64,000 nt of DNA from an uncultured Chloroflexia bacterium (lineage in GTDB: Bacteria > Chloroflexota > Limnocylindria > Limnocylindrales > CSP1-4), in NCBI GenBank assembly GCA_963762445.1, contig CAVXLA010000004.1, positions 358,794-422,793 of the forward strand, written 5' to 3'. The translations under genes and the position numbers were made by a program. Shown here in pieces: positions 32,387 to 41,814 of this stretch (positions are counted from its first letter, which is position 1; every line of letters starts with the position of its first letter). The notes under the pieces were generated by a model, which worked only from the letters and a program-made list of their open reading frames with translations, searched no databases and was not told the origin of the DNA.

Positions 32387-33367
32387 GTGCCGCGCGTCGT
32401 CGCGCTCGCGGGCGGGGTCGGTGGGGCGAAGCTCTCCCACGGGCTGGCGGCGGTGCTCACCCCGGGCGAGCTGACGATCATCGTCAACACGGCGGACGAC
32501 GAGGAGTTCCACGGCCTTCTCGTCTGTCCCGACCACGACACCGTCGTCTACACGCTGGCCGGGTTGGCCGACCGCGAACGGGGCTGGGGCGTCGCCGGGG
32601 AGACGTGGTCGGCGGCCGCGATGCTCGAGCGGCTGGGCGAGCCGGCCTGGTTCCGCCTCGGCGACCGCGACCTCGCGCTCCACGTCCACCGGGCGCGCCA
32701 TCTGCGCGAGGGGGCCCGCCTCACGGAGGTCAACCGGGGGATCCAGCAGTCCCTCGGGGTCTCGACGCCGGTCCTGCCGATGACCGACGAGCGGGTCCGG
32801 ACGCGGGTCCGGACGCCCGGGGGATGGCTCGCCTTCCAGGAGTACTTCGTGCGCCTCCGGCAGGAGCCCGAGGTCCTCGAGGTCGCCTTCGACGGGATCG
32901 CCGCTGCTCGTCCCACGCCGGAGGTCGCGGCGAGCCTCGCCGGAGCCGAGGCGGTCGTGCTCTGCCCCTCGAACCCCTTCGTCTCGATCGGCCCCATCCT
33001 CGCGGTGCCCGGGATGCGCGACCTCCTCGACGCGACGCGGGCGCGGGGGGCCCGCGTCGCCGCCGTCTCCCCCCTCGTCGGCGGGCGCGCGCTGCGGGGC
33101 CCCGCCGACCGGATGGCGCGCTCCCTCGGGGCCGAATCGAGCTCGGTCGGGATCGCCCGCCACTACGCCGGGCTGATCGACGCACTCCTCGTCGACGATG
33201 TCGACGCGGCCGAGGTGCCCAGGATCGCGGCACTCGGGATCGAGGCAGTCGTGGGCCCGACCGTCATGGGCGACGATGCGTCCCGGGCAGCCCTCGCCAC
33301 CGCGGCGGTCGCGGCCGCCTGGCGCGGGGCGCCGGGGCGCGCGGCGCCGGGGCGCGGCGCTTCCTGA
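32387..33367 (+). CDS. cofD: 2-phospho-L-lactate transferase (F420 biosynthesis).
   Basis: CofD/UPF0052 hallmark VVALAGGVGGAKL and full-length similarity. Confidence 0.8.
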   Translation: MPRVVALAGGVGGAKLSHGLAAVLTPGELTIIVNTADDEEFHGLLVCPDHDTVVYTLAGLADRERGWGVAGETWSAAAMLERLGEPAWFRLGDRDLALHVHRARHLREGARLTEVNRGIQQSLGVSTPVLPMTDERVRTRVRTPGGWLAFQEYFVRLRQEPEVLEVAFDGIAAARPTPEVAASLAGAEAVVLCPSNPFVSIGPILAVPGMRDLLDATRARGARVAAVSPLVGGRALRGPADRMARSLGAESSSVGIARHYAGLIDALLVDDVDAAEVPRIAALGIEAVVGPTVMGDDASRAALATAAVAAAWRGAPGRAAPGRGAS

Positions 33368-33399
33368 CCGCCGGGGGCGGCCTCGTCTACGATCGACGG

Positions 33400-34077
33400 G
33401 TGCCCGACCCCTCGCCGACCTTCGCCCGGATCGCCGCCCTCGTCCCCGTCCGGGGGCTCGAGCGCGCCAAGGCGCGCCTCGGCGAGGCGCTCGACGCGGA
33501 GGAGCGGCGGGACCTCGTGCAGCGCCTCCTCGTCGACACGGTCGCGGCCGCGGCCGCGACGCCGGCGGTCGCAGATGTCATCGTCGTCTCGTCCGACCCG
33601 GACGTCCTCGCGCTCGCGGGCAGGCTGGGCGCACGCGGCGTCGCCCAGGCGGGCGGCGGGCTGAACGAGGGGCTCGACGCGGGCCGGGCGCGGGCCGCGG
33701 CCGCCGGCGCCGACGCCATCCTGGTGGTCCCGGCCGACCTGCCGGCCGTCACCGGGGCGGAGCTGGCCCGGATCGTCGAGCGGGCCCGCGCCCACGCGGC
33801 GGCGCGGGCGGCCGCCGGGGCGCCGGTGAGCGCCCTCGTCGCGCTCGTGACGGACCGCGCCGGCTGCGGCACCAACGTCCTCATCGTGGCGCCACCGGGG
33901 GCGGTCGCCTTCCGCTTCGGCGAGGGCTCGCGAGCCGCCCACGCCGCCGCCGCCCGCGCGGCGGGCGCCGCCTACCTCGAGATCGCCAGCCCGCTGGCTC
34001 TCGACCTGGACACGCCCGACGACCTGCTCGCCGCCGAGGCCGCGGGACTCGGCGGCCTGCGGACGGAGGTGCCGTGA
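33400..34077 (+). CDS. cofC: 2-phospho-L-lactate guanylyltransferase (F420 biosynthesis).
   Basis: CofC/FbiD-like N-terminus (ALVPVRGLERAKARL). Lies between cofD and cofE; GTGA overlap with cofE. Confidence 0.65.
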   Translation: MPDPSPTFARIAALVPVRGLERAKARLGEALDAEERRDLVQRLLVDTVAAAAATPAVADVIVVSSDPDVLALAGRLGARGVAQAGGGLNEGLDAGRARAAAAGADAILVVPADLPAVTGAELARIVERARAHAAARAAAGAPVSALVALVTDRAGCGTNVLIVAPPGAVAFRFGEGSRAAHAAAARAAGAAYLEIASPLALDLDTPDDLLAAEAAGLGGLRTEVP

Positions 34078-34934
34078 GCAATCTCGGGCACGACCCCGGG
34101 CCACCGGCCGCGCCGCCGGGGACCGCCGCCGAACCGGGTCGGACGCCGGCGGAGCCGACGCGCCCCGCCGACGCGCTCGTCATCCTCCCGCTGGCGCAGC
34201 TGCCCGAGGTCCGCCGCGGCGACGATCTCGCGGCGCTGCTGGCCGATGCCGTCGCGGCGACGCCCGGCGCCCTGCCGCTGCTGCCCGACGACGTCGTCGT
34301 GGTCACCCAGAAGGTCGTCTCCAAGGCCGAGGGAGCTGTCGTGGACCTCGCGACGATCGAGCCACGGCCCGCGGCCGTCGACTTCGCGGCACGCTGGAAC
34401 CGCGACCCCCGCCAGGTCGAGGTGGTCCTGCGCGAGGCGGTCCGGGTGGTCCGGATGGCGAACGGCGTCATCATCGCCGAGACGCGCCACGGCTTCGTGC
34501 TCGCCAACGCGGGCGTGGACGCCAGCAACGTGGGGCCTGGAAGCGGCAGCGTCGTCCTCCTCCTGCCGGAAGATCCCGACGCCTCGGCGCGACAGATCCG
34601 GGCCGGGCTCGCGGCGCGGCTCGGCGTGGCGCCGGGGGTGATCGTCTCGGACAGCCTCGGGCGGCCGTGGCGGTTCGGGATCACCGACCTCGCGCTCGGC
34701 GTCGCCGGGTTCCGGCCACTCGAGGACCTCCGCGGGACGCCCGACGCTGACGGCCGGACGATGGCGGCGACCGTGCGGGCGGTGGCCGACGAGATCGCCT
34801 CGGCGGCGGAGCTGGTCCTCGGCAAGGCGGCGCGGCGTCCGGCAGCGCTCGTGCGCGGCGCCTCGCCGCCCCCCGGCGACGGCAGCGTCCGTGGAGACGT
34901 CCTCATGCCGGCCGAGCTCGACCTCTTCCGATGA
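34074..34934 (+). CDS. cofE: Coenzyme F420-0:L-glutamate ligase.
   Basis: CofE-family similarity (DDVVVVTQKVVSKAEG...GFVLANAGVDASNV). Confidence 0.75.
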   Translation: MSNLGHDPGPPAAPPGTAAEPGRTPAEPTRPADALVILPLAQLPEVRRGDDLAALLADAVAATPGALPLLPDDVVVVTQKVVSKAEGAVVDLATIEPRPAAVDFAARWNRDPRQVEVVLREAVRVVRMANGVIIAETRHGFVLANAGVDASNVGPGSGSVVLLLPEDPDASARQIRAGLAARLGVAPGVIVSDSLGRPWRFGITDLALGVAGFRPLEDLRGTPDADGRTMAATVRAVADEIASAAELVLGKAARRPAALVRGASPPPGDGSVRGDVLMPAELDLFR

Positions 34935-35825
34935 AGATCGGCCTCCAGCTGAACCGCTTCGACTACCCCGGGGGGACGCCCGCGATCGGGCCGACCCTGG
35001 CCCGGGTTGCCCGGTCGGCGGACGAGGCCGGCTTCGAATTCGATCTGGGTGATGGACCACTTCTTCCAGATCCGCGGCCTCGGGCCCGTCGACGACCCGA
35101 TGCTCGAGGGCTGGACGACTCTCGGTTTCCTGGCCGCCCACACGAGCCGGGCGCGGGTGGGGCTCATGGTCGGCGGCGTCCACTACCGGCTGCCCGGGCT
35201 GTGGGTGAAGGCTGCCACCACCCTGGACGTCCTCTCGGGCGGACGGGCCTGGCTCGGCATCGGGGCGGCGTGGAACCAGGAGGAGAGCGACGGCCTCGGC
35301 TTCCCGATGCCACCGCTCGCGACGCGCTTCGAGATGCTCGAGGAGACCCTCCAGATCGCCCACGCCATGTGGACGGGGGCTCGCGGGACGGAGGGTCGCC
35401 ACGAGGGGGCCCACTACGCGGCCGAGCGGCTCCTCAACGCCCCCCAGTCCCTGAGCCGCCCGCGCGTGCCGATCATGGTCGGCGGCGGCGGCGAGCGGAA
35501 GACGCTGCGCCTGGTCGCCCGGTACGCCGACGGCTCGAACGTGTTCGGCGGCCCCGAGGTCATCCGCCGCAAGTACGCGATCCTCCGCGCCCACTGCGAG
35601 GCGGTCGGCCGGCCATTCGACGAGATCGAGCGCTCGACGCTCCAGAGCACGCGCCTGTCCTCCGACGGGCGCCCCGGCACGGAGACGCCGGAAGCGGCCG
35701 CGGAGCGCTTCGCAGCCCTCGCCGAGGCGGGCGCGCAGCACGTGATCGTGGGAATCCAGAACGTCGAGCAACCGGGGGTCGACGTCCTGGCGGCCCGCCT
35801 CGCCGCCCTGGTCCACGCGATCTGA
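34931..35825 (+). pseudogene. LLM-class F420-dependent oxidoreductase split by a +1 frameshift (one extra A creates GAATTC at about 35037-35042). A real pseudogene or a sequencing indel.
   Basis: The N-terminal 36 aa (MKIGLQLNRFDYPGG...EAGFE) are in one frame. The rest (SIWVMDHFFQ...GIGAAWN...) continues in the +1 frame. Deleting one 'a' restores the conserved GFDSIWVMDHFFQ. Confidence 0.7.
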
Positions 35826-35958
35826 GGCGACGGCGCATCGAGTCCGGCCGGGCCGCCAGTCCGGGCGGATACTCCCGGGGGGTATGGGCGGCGTGCTACC
35901 ATGCAGGTCCGCCCCGCGCGTGTCCGCGGCCCATCCAGCAACGAGACCCCTTCTTCCG

Positions 35959-37014
35959 ATGACCGAACCCAGCTCCCCCTTCGGCGGCTTTGCCATCGAC
36001 TTCGGCGCCGCCGGCGCCGTCGCCCCGGCCGCGGCCGTTCCCGTCGCCACGGCGTCGGAGGGCCCGCACGAGACGAACGTCCTCATCCTGGGCTCGGGCC
36101 CGGCTGGCCTCACGGCCGCCATCTACGCGGCCCGGGCTGACCTCCGGCCGATCGTCCTCGCCGGCTACCAGCCGGGGGGCCAGCTCACGATCACGACCGA
36201 CGTCGAGAACTACCCCGGCTTCCCCGACGGAATCCAGGGGCCCGATCTCATGCTCCGGTTCCGCCAGCAGGCCGAGCGCTTCGGGACCCGCATCTTCGAC
36301 GTGGAGGCGGACCGCGTCGACTTCTCGAGCCGCCCGTTCCGGGCGTGGGCGAGCGGCGCGGAGTACCGCGCCCAGGCCGTCATCGTGGCGACCGGCGCCT
36401 CCGCGATCTGGCTCGGGCTCGCCTCCGAGGAGCGCCTGCGCGGCCGCGGGGTCTCGGCCTGCGCGACCTGCGACGGGTTCTTCTTCCGGGGCAAGGAGGT
36501 CGCGGTGGTCGGGGGCGGCGACACCGCCCTCGAGGAGGCCCTCTACCTGACCCGGTTTGCCTCGAAGGTCCACCTCCTCCACCGCCGCGACGAGTTCCGG
36601 GCCAGCAAGATCATGCAGGCCCGCGCCGAGAGCCACCCCGGGATCGAGATCCACCGTGGCGTGACGGTGGCTGAGGTGCTCGGCGACGAGGCGGTCACGG
36701 GCGTGCGCCTCAAGGAGGTCGCGACCTCGGCGACCCGCGACCTCCCGGTCGACGGCTTCTTCGTGGCGATCGGTCACCGGCCCAACACCGCTCCCTTCGA
36801 GGGGTGGCTGGCGAAGGACGAGAAGGGCTACCTGGTGGTCGAGCACGAGACCCACTCCCGGATCGAGGGGGTCTTCATCGCCGGCGACGTCCATGACCAC
36901 CGCTACCGTCAGGCAGTCACCGCGGCCGGCGACGGCTGCCGGGCGGCGATCGACGCCGAGCGCTGGCTCGAGGAGCACGGCGTGGTCGAGGCGGTCACCG
37001 CGACGGCGTGGTGA
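35959..37014 (+). CDS. trxB: Thioredoxin-disulfide reductase.
   Basis: GSGPAG FAD motif, CATC redox-active disulfide, GGGDTA NADPH motif. Confidence 0.9.
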   Translation: MTEPSSPFGGFAIDFGAAGAVAPAAAVPVATASEGPHETNVLILGSGPAGLTAAIYAARADLRPIVLAGYQPGGQLTITTDVENYPGFPDGIQGPDLMLRFRQQAERFGTRIFDVEADRVDFSSRPFRAWASGAEYRAQAVIVATGASAIWLGLASEERLRGRGVSACATCDGFFFRGKEVAVVGGGDTALEEALYLTRFASKVHLLHRRDEFRASKIMQARAESHPGIEIHRGVTVAEVLGDEAVTGVRLKEVATSATRDLPVDGFFVAIGHRPNTAPFEGWLAKDEKGYLVVEHETHSRIEGVFIAGDVHDHRYRQAVTAAGDGCRAAIDAERWLEEHGVVEAVTATAW

Positions 37015-37763
37015 GCGACGGCCGCGAGGCGACGCTCCGCCGTCTCGGCATCGTCCCGGGCGTCGGGGAGCGAGTCAGGGCCGCCCTCGACGACGCCCTC
37101 GAGCGGGCCGAGGCCGCCCGCCGGGACGAGGGCGCAACGCCGCCCGCCGTCGTGGCCCTCGACGCCGGCTGCGGGCGGAGCTCGGCGCTGGCCCGCTACC
37201 GGGCCCGGATCGGCCGGTTCGTCGGCGTGGACATCCACGCCCGGGCGCCGGGCGCCCTCCCCTACCTCGACGAGTACGCCGCGGTCGACCTCGGCGCGCG
37301 CCCGGACGCGTTTCCGCCGGAAACCTTCGACGTCGTCCTGAGCTCGTTCACGGTCGAGCACCTGGCCGAGCCCGGCAACGCGTTCGCCAACCTCGCCCGC
37401 TGGCTGCGGCCCGGCGGCTCGCTCATCCTCACGACCGTGAACCGCCGCCACCCGTTCGTGGCCGCCTACCTGGCCATGCCGGCATCCGTGCGGCGCCGGA
37501 TCCAGCCCGTGGTGAAGGCGAGCAGCGCCGACGTGCACCCGCTCGTCGGCGCCTGCAACGACCCGGCTGCGCTCCGGGCGGCGCTCGCCGCGGCGGGCTA
37601 CCGCGACGTCCGGGTGGAGGCCCTCGGCAACCTCGCCCGGGCCTGGGGGCGTCGGCTCCCGACCTTCGCCCTCGGGCTCGCGGGCGACCTGCTGACCCGG
37701 CGGCTCCCGTCGCGGCGCTCGACCCTGGTCGTGACCGCCCACGTCGCGGGTCGGGCCGCGTGA
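37008..37763 (+). CDS. Class I SAM-dependent methyltransferase.
   Basis: SAM-binding motif I ([11 protein letters not shown]) and Rossmann-like methyltransferase fold. Its GTG start overlaps the trxB stop. Confidence 0.65.
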   Translation: MVSDGREATLRRLGIVPGVGERVRAALDDALERAEAARRDEGATPPAVVALDAGCGRSSALARYRARIGRFVGVDIHARAPGALPYLDEYAAVDLGARPDAFPPETFDVVLSSFTVEHLAEPGNAFANLARWLRPGGSLILTTVNRRHPFVAAYLAMPASVRRRIQPVVKASSADVHPLVGACNDPAALRAALAAAGYRDVRVEALGNLARAWGRRLPTFALGLAGDLLTRRLPSRRSTLVVTAHVAGRAA

Positions 37764-39832
37764 CCGGACGCGGGGGCGCCCGCCGCCTCGCGCGGGGCCC
37801 GTTCGGCGGAGCCGAGGTGCCGCCGCCCATCCCGCCCGAGCGCCGGCGGCGAACCATCCTCAGGATCGTCGCCTTCTTCGGGCCGTACCGTTTCCGGGTC
37901 GTGGTCGTCGTCGGGGCGATCCTGATCACGAGCCTCCTCGGCGTCGTCAACCCGATCCTGCTCAAGCTCCTCACCGACGAAGTGATCATCGGGCGTGACT
38001 ACAGCAATCTCGCCCTCTTCGTCGGCCTGATGATCGTCACCCCGATCGGGTCCGGCCTCATCGGCGTGGGCCAGACGTATCTCAACAACGTCATCGGCCA
38101 GAACGTGATGCAGGACCTCCGCAACGCGCTCTACGCGCATCTCCAGCGGCTGCCGCTCCGCTTCTTCACCGAGACGCGCACCGGCGAGATCCAGAGCCGC
38201 CTCGCCAACGACGTCGGCGGCGTCCAGGCCGTGGTGACCGACACCGCGACGAGCGTCGCCGCCAACGTGGCCACGGTCGCCTCGTCGCTGGTCGCGATGG
38301 TGGTCATCGACTGGCGCCTGACGCTCCTGTCCGTGGGGATGCTCCCGTTCTTCCTCTACCTGACCCAGCGGGTGGGCAAGGTTCGCCGGGCTGTCTCGAC
38401 CGAGACCCAGAAGGCCCTGGCCGACATGACCTCGGCGACCGAAGAGACCCTGAGCGTCTCGGGCGTCCTGCTGACGAAGACCTTCGGCCAGCAGGCCACG
38501 GCGACCGACCGCTTCCGGACGTTGAGCCGCCGGCTCGCCCGCCTCCAGCTCCGCCAGGCGATGGTGGGCCGCTGGTTCTTCATGATCATCGGGACGATCT
38601 TCAGCATCATCCCGGCCTTCGTGTACTGGCTGGCCGCCGTGCTCGCCATGAACGGCGACCCGTCGGCTCCGACGGCGGGCGACATCGTCGCCTTCACGAC
38701 GCTCCAGAGCCGGCTCTTCTTCCCGCTGGGGCAGCTGCTGAACGTCCAGGTGGAGATCGCCGGGTCGCTCGCGCTCTTCGACCGGATCTTCGAGTACCTC
38801 GACCTCGACCCGGAGATCGTCGACGCGGCCGACGCCGTGACCCTCGAGCCGGCGGCAGTCCATGGCCGGGTCCGGCTGCACCGCGTCTGGTTCCGCTACC
38901 CGACAGCCACGGTGCCGTCGAAGCGCGCGCTCGAGGCGATGGCCGCCGGCGGGCACACGCACGACACGAGGTCGACGCCGGACGAGGCGGTGGCGGACGC
39001 CGTGGTGGAGCCGATCGCCGGGGAGGCGCTCGAGGCGGGCCTCGCCGAGCCGGCACAGGCCGTTCCGTCCGCGCGTGCCGACGGAAGCGACGCGGCGGCG
39101 GTCCCGCCGGCCGCGTTCGCCCTCGAGGGGATCGACTTCGAGGCCGAGCCCGGGCAGCTGCTGGCCCTCGTCGGCCCGTCCGGGTCCGGGAAGACGACCA
39201 CGACCTACCTGGTGCCGCGCCTCTACGACGTGGACAGCGGCGCCGTCGAGATCGACGGCGTCGACGTCCGCCGGATCGCCCTGGCCTCCCTCGGCCGGGC
39301 GATCGGCGTCGTGACCCAGGAGACCTACCTCTTCCACGCGTCGATCCGCGACAACCTGCGCTACGCCCGGCCGGAGGCGACCGAGGCGGAGCTCGAGGTG
39401 GCGGCGCGCGCCGCGGCGATCCACGAGCGCGTCCTGGAGCTGCCGGCGGGCTACGAGACGATCGTCGGCGAGCGCGGCTACAAGCTCTCGGGCGGCGAGA
39501 AGCAGCGGATCGCGATCGCCAGGGTCCTCCTGAAGGACCCCCGGATCCTCATCCTCGACGAGGCGACCTCGGCGCTCGACACGGTCTCCGAGCGGCTCAT
39601 CCAGGCCGCCCTGGAGCGGCTGATGGAAGGCCGCACGACCATCGCCATCGCCCACCGCCTCTCCACGATCCTGCGGGCCGACCAGATCCTCGTGTACGAG
39701 CGCGGGCGGATCGTGGAGCGGGGCCGTCACGAGGAGCTCCTCGCCGCGGGGGGGCTGTACGCGCGCCTGTACCACGAGCAGTTCGAGACCCCGGTCGGCC
39801 CCCCGGGCGGCGTTGCCGACAGCCCCGACTGA
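37760..39832 (+). CDS. ABC exporter with fused transmembrane and ATPase domains (MsbA/ABCB-like).
   Basis: Six-helix transmembrane domain followed by Walker A GPSGSGKTT, signature LSGGEKQR, Walker B ILILDEATSALD. An extra Ala/Glu-rich segment of roughly 60-70 aa lies between the TM domain and the Walker A. Confidence 0.85.
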   Translation: MTGRGGARRLARGPFGGAEVPPPIPPERRRRTILRIVAFFGPYRFRVVVVVGAILITSLLGVVNPILLKLLTDEVIIGRDYSNLALFVGLMIVTPIGSGLIGVGQTYLNNVIGQNVMQDLRNALYAHLQRLPLRFFTETRTGEIQSRLANDVGGVQAVVTDTATSVAANVATVASSLVAMVVIDWRLTLLSVGMLPFFLYLTQRVGKVRRAVSTETQKALADMTSATEETLSVSGVLLTKTFGQQATATDRFRTLSRRLARLQLRQAMVGRWFFMIIGTIFSIIPAFVYWLAAVLAMNGDPSAPTAGDIVAFTTLQSRLFFPLGQLLNVQVEIAGSLALFDRIFEYLDLDPEIVDAADAVTLEPAAVHGRVRLHRVWFRYPTATVPSKRALEAMAAGGHTHDTRSTPDEAVADAVVEPIAGEALEAGLAEPAQAVPSARADGSDAAAVPPAAFALEGIDFEAEPGQLLALVGPSGSGKTTTTYLVPRLYDVDSGAVEIDGVDVRRIALASLGRAIGVVTQETYLFHASIRDNLRYARPEATEAELEVAARAAAIHERVLELPAGYETIVGERGYKLSGGEKQRIAIARVLLKDPRILILDEATSALDTVSERLIQAALERLMEGRTTIAIAHRLSTILRADQILVYERGRIVERGRHEELLAAGGLYARLYHEQFETPVGPPGGVADSPD

Positions 39833-39869
39833 CGGCGGGCCGCATTGCCGCGGCAGGCCCTCAATCACT

Positions 39870-39905
39870 TGCGCAAACGCGCAACCGTTGGAGTAGACTG
39901 GGCCG
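39870..39905 (+). promoter_or_regulatory. Candidate promoter overlapping a TTGCGCAA palindrome/direct repeat, upstream of osmC.
   Basis: cacTTGCGCAAacGCGCAAccgttggagTAGACT: TTGCGC followed about 17-18 nt later by TAGACT. TTGCGCAA is its own reverse complement. Confidence 0.3.
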
Positions 39906-39952
39906 GCGCCCTCCGGCACCCCCCGCCGCATCCCGTCACGCCCCAGGAGCAG

Positions 39953-40447
39953 ATGCCCATGGCCACCAAGACCGCCGACCTCCGCCACGAGGGCGGCCAC
40001 CGCTTCGTCGCCCGGACCGGATCCGGCTTCGAGGTCCCGATGGACGCCGCGACCGGCGGCTCCGCTCCGCGGCCGATCGAGGTGCTGGCGGCCGCCATCG
40101 GCGGCTGCACCGCGATGGACATCGTCAGCATCCTGCAGAAGAAGCGCCAGGACCTGGCGCGCTATGCCGTCCACGTGGCCGCCGAGCAGCGCGACGCGCA
40201 CCCGCACGCCTTCCGGCGGGTCGTGATCACCCACGAGGTCGAGGGGCCGGCCCTGGACGTCGAGGCGGTTGTGCGCGCCATCGAGCTCTCCGCCACGAAG
40301 TACTGCTCCGTCACCCTGGGCCTCGCCAGCGGGATCTCGGAGATCCACCACCACTACAGGGTGACCTCGCCCGAGGGCGCCGTGCCGGTCGACGGAGAGG
40401 CCGCCGTCACCGGGCCCGGGCAGGAGCTCCCGCCCGACGAGGCGTAG
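39953..40447 (+). CDS. osmC: OsmC/Ohr-family peroxiredoxin-like protein.
   Basis: OsmC-fold similarity with two conserved Cys (GGCTAMD...KYCSV). GGAG 6 nt before the ATG. Confidence 0.75.
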   Translation: MPMATKTADLRHEGGHRFVARTGSGFEVPMDAATGGSAPRPIEVLAAAIGGCTAMDIVSILQKKRQDLARYAVHVAAEQRDAHPHAFRRVVITHEVEGPALDVEAVVRAIELSATKYCSVTLGLASGISEIHHHYRVTSPEGAVPVDGEAAVTGPGQELPPDEA

Positions 40448-40504
40448 CCCCGCTCGACGCGTGTCGGCTGGTCCGCCGGGCGCGAGCTGCGCCGGGTGCG
40501 CGCC

Positions 40505-40543
40505 TCTTGCATGACTATGCGTGCCCAATGTATAGTCATGCGT
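40505..40543 (+). promoter_or_regulatory. Two tandem ARG boxes (candidate ArgR operator) overlapping a sigma70-like promoter upstream of argC.
   Basis: cTTGCATgactATGCGtg (40505-40522) and aaTGTATagtcATGCGtg (40526-40543) are 3 bp apart. Each resembles the TnTGnAT-n4-ATnCA ARG-box pattern. CATGACTAT and ATAGTCATG are a 9-bp inverted repeat. TTGCAT-N18-TATAGT lies across them. argR is encoded in the same cluster. Confidence 0.55.
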
Positions 40544-40702
40544 GGCATGAACCCCGGCGACCCGGCCCGACTGGCCTCACCCCTTCCCGCCCGCGTGGCC
40601 GCCCGCGAGCGGCCCGGCGCGCCCCGCATCGGCGGCGGCGCCCGCGCGCCCGTGAGCGCAGGAGCGGCGGCGTCGGCCGGGGTCGCCCCGGAGCGCCGGG
40701 AC

Positions 40703-41794
40703 GTGCCCCTCCCCCGCGGTCCGCGCGGCGAAGGTGGCCGGATCCGCGTCGCGATCGTCGGGGCCACCGGCTACGTCGGCGCCGAGCTGGTCCGGCTGCT
40801 CAGCCGTCACCCGGCCGTCGAGATCGTCGGGCTCGTGGGGCGCGGCCGGAGCCGAGAGCCGATCGGGGGCACGCACATCCACCTCGACCGGACGGGGCTC
40901 CACGTCGACGCGACCGTCCCCGACGCCGACGCGGTCTTCCTGGCCCTCCCCCACGGGGCCGCTGCGGACATCGTCCCCGACCTCGCCGCGACGGGGGCCG
41001 CGATCATCGACCTCGGGCCGGACTTCCGGCTCCACGCGGCGGCCGACTACCCGCGCTGGTACGGCTTCGAGCACCCCCGCCCGGACCTGCTGCCCGCCGC
41101 CGTCTATGGCCTCCCCGAGCTCCACCGGGCCGAGCTGGCGCACCTCGGCGGCGAGAAGACCGCGATCGTCGGGGCGCCCGGCTGCTACCCGACGGCCACC
41201 CTCCTCGCCCTCGCGCCGCTCGCCCGGGGAGGGCTGATCGGGGACCTCGTCGTCGACGCCAAGTCGGGCGTCTCGGGCGCCGGGCGGGAGCCGAAGCAGG
41301 ACCTCATGTTCGGCGAGGTCAACGAGAGCGTGCGGGCGTACGGCCTCGGCGGCCACCGCCACGTCGCCGAGATGGAGCAGGAGCTGGCGGCACTCGGCGC
41401 GGCCGCCGGGCTGGCACCCGGCGCGAACCCGGGCGCCAGCCGCGTCGACTTCCTCCCCCACCTGGTCCCGATGACGCGCGGCATCCTGGCCGCATGCCAC
41501 GTCCGGCCCACCCGGCCGGTCACCCAGGCCGAGCTCGACGGTATCTACGGCGAGGCCTACGCCGGCGAGGCGTTCGTGCACGTGACGACCCAGCCGCCGG
41601 CCACGAAGCACGTCCTCGGCAGCAACGCCTGCCGGGTCCACGTTCGACTCGACGAGCGGACGGGGCGCGTCCTGGCCATCGGCGTCATCGACAACCTCGT
41701 CAAGGGGGCGGCCGGCCAGGCGATCCAGGCCTTCAACGCCGTCCACGGGCTGCCCGAGACCGCCGGCCTCGAGCAGCTCCCGCTGGCGCCCTGA
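40703..41794 (+). CDS. argC: N-acetyl-gamma-glutamyl-phosphate reductase.
   Basis: VAIVGATGYVG NAD-binding motif and the catalytic GCYPT region. Start set at an in-frame GTG about 15 aa before the Rossmann motif, because the long ORF to 40496 runs through the ARG boxes. Confidence 0.8.
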   Translation: MPLPRGPRGEGGRIRVAIVGATGYVGAELVRLLSRHPAVEIVGLVGRGRSREPIGGTHIHLDRTGLHVDATVPDADAVFLALPHGAAADIVPDLAATGAAIIDLGPDFRLHAAADYPRWYGFEHPRPDLLPAAVYGLPELHRAELAHLGGEKTAIVGAPGCYPTATLLALAPLARGGLIGDLVVDAKSGVSGAGREPKQDLMFGEVNESVRAYGLGGHRHVAEMEQELAALGAAAGLAPGANPGASRVDFLPHLVPMTRGILAACHVRPTRPVTQAELDGIYGEAYAGEAFVHVTTQPPATKHVLGSNACRVHVRLDERTGRVLAIGVIDNLVKGAAGQAIQAFNAVHGLPETAGLEQLPLAP

Positions 41795-41814
41795 CGCCGC
41801 CAGGCCGACGCCCG

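Noticed and set aside
37598-40528. 976-aa minus-strand ORF
   Set aside because: It is antisense to the ABC exporter and osmC; a high-GC artefact.
40496-40702. Longer argC start at 40496 or 40544
   Set aside because: That extension would run through the ARG boxes and promoter and adds about 70 aa not seen in ArgC proteins. The GTG at 40703 gives a normal N-terminus.
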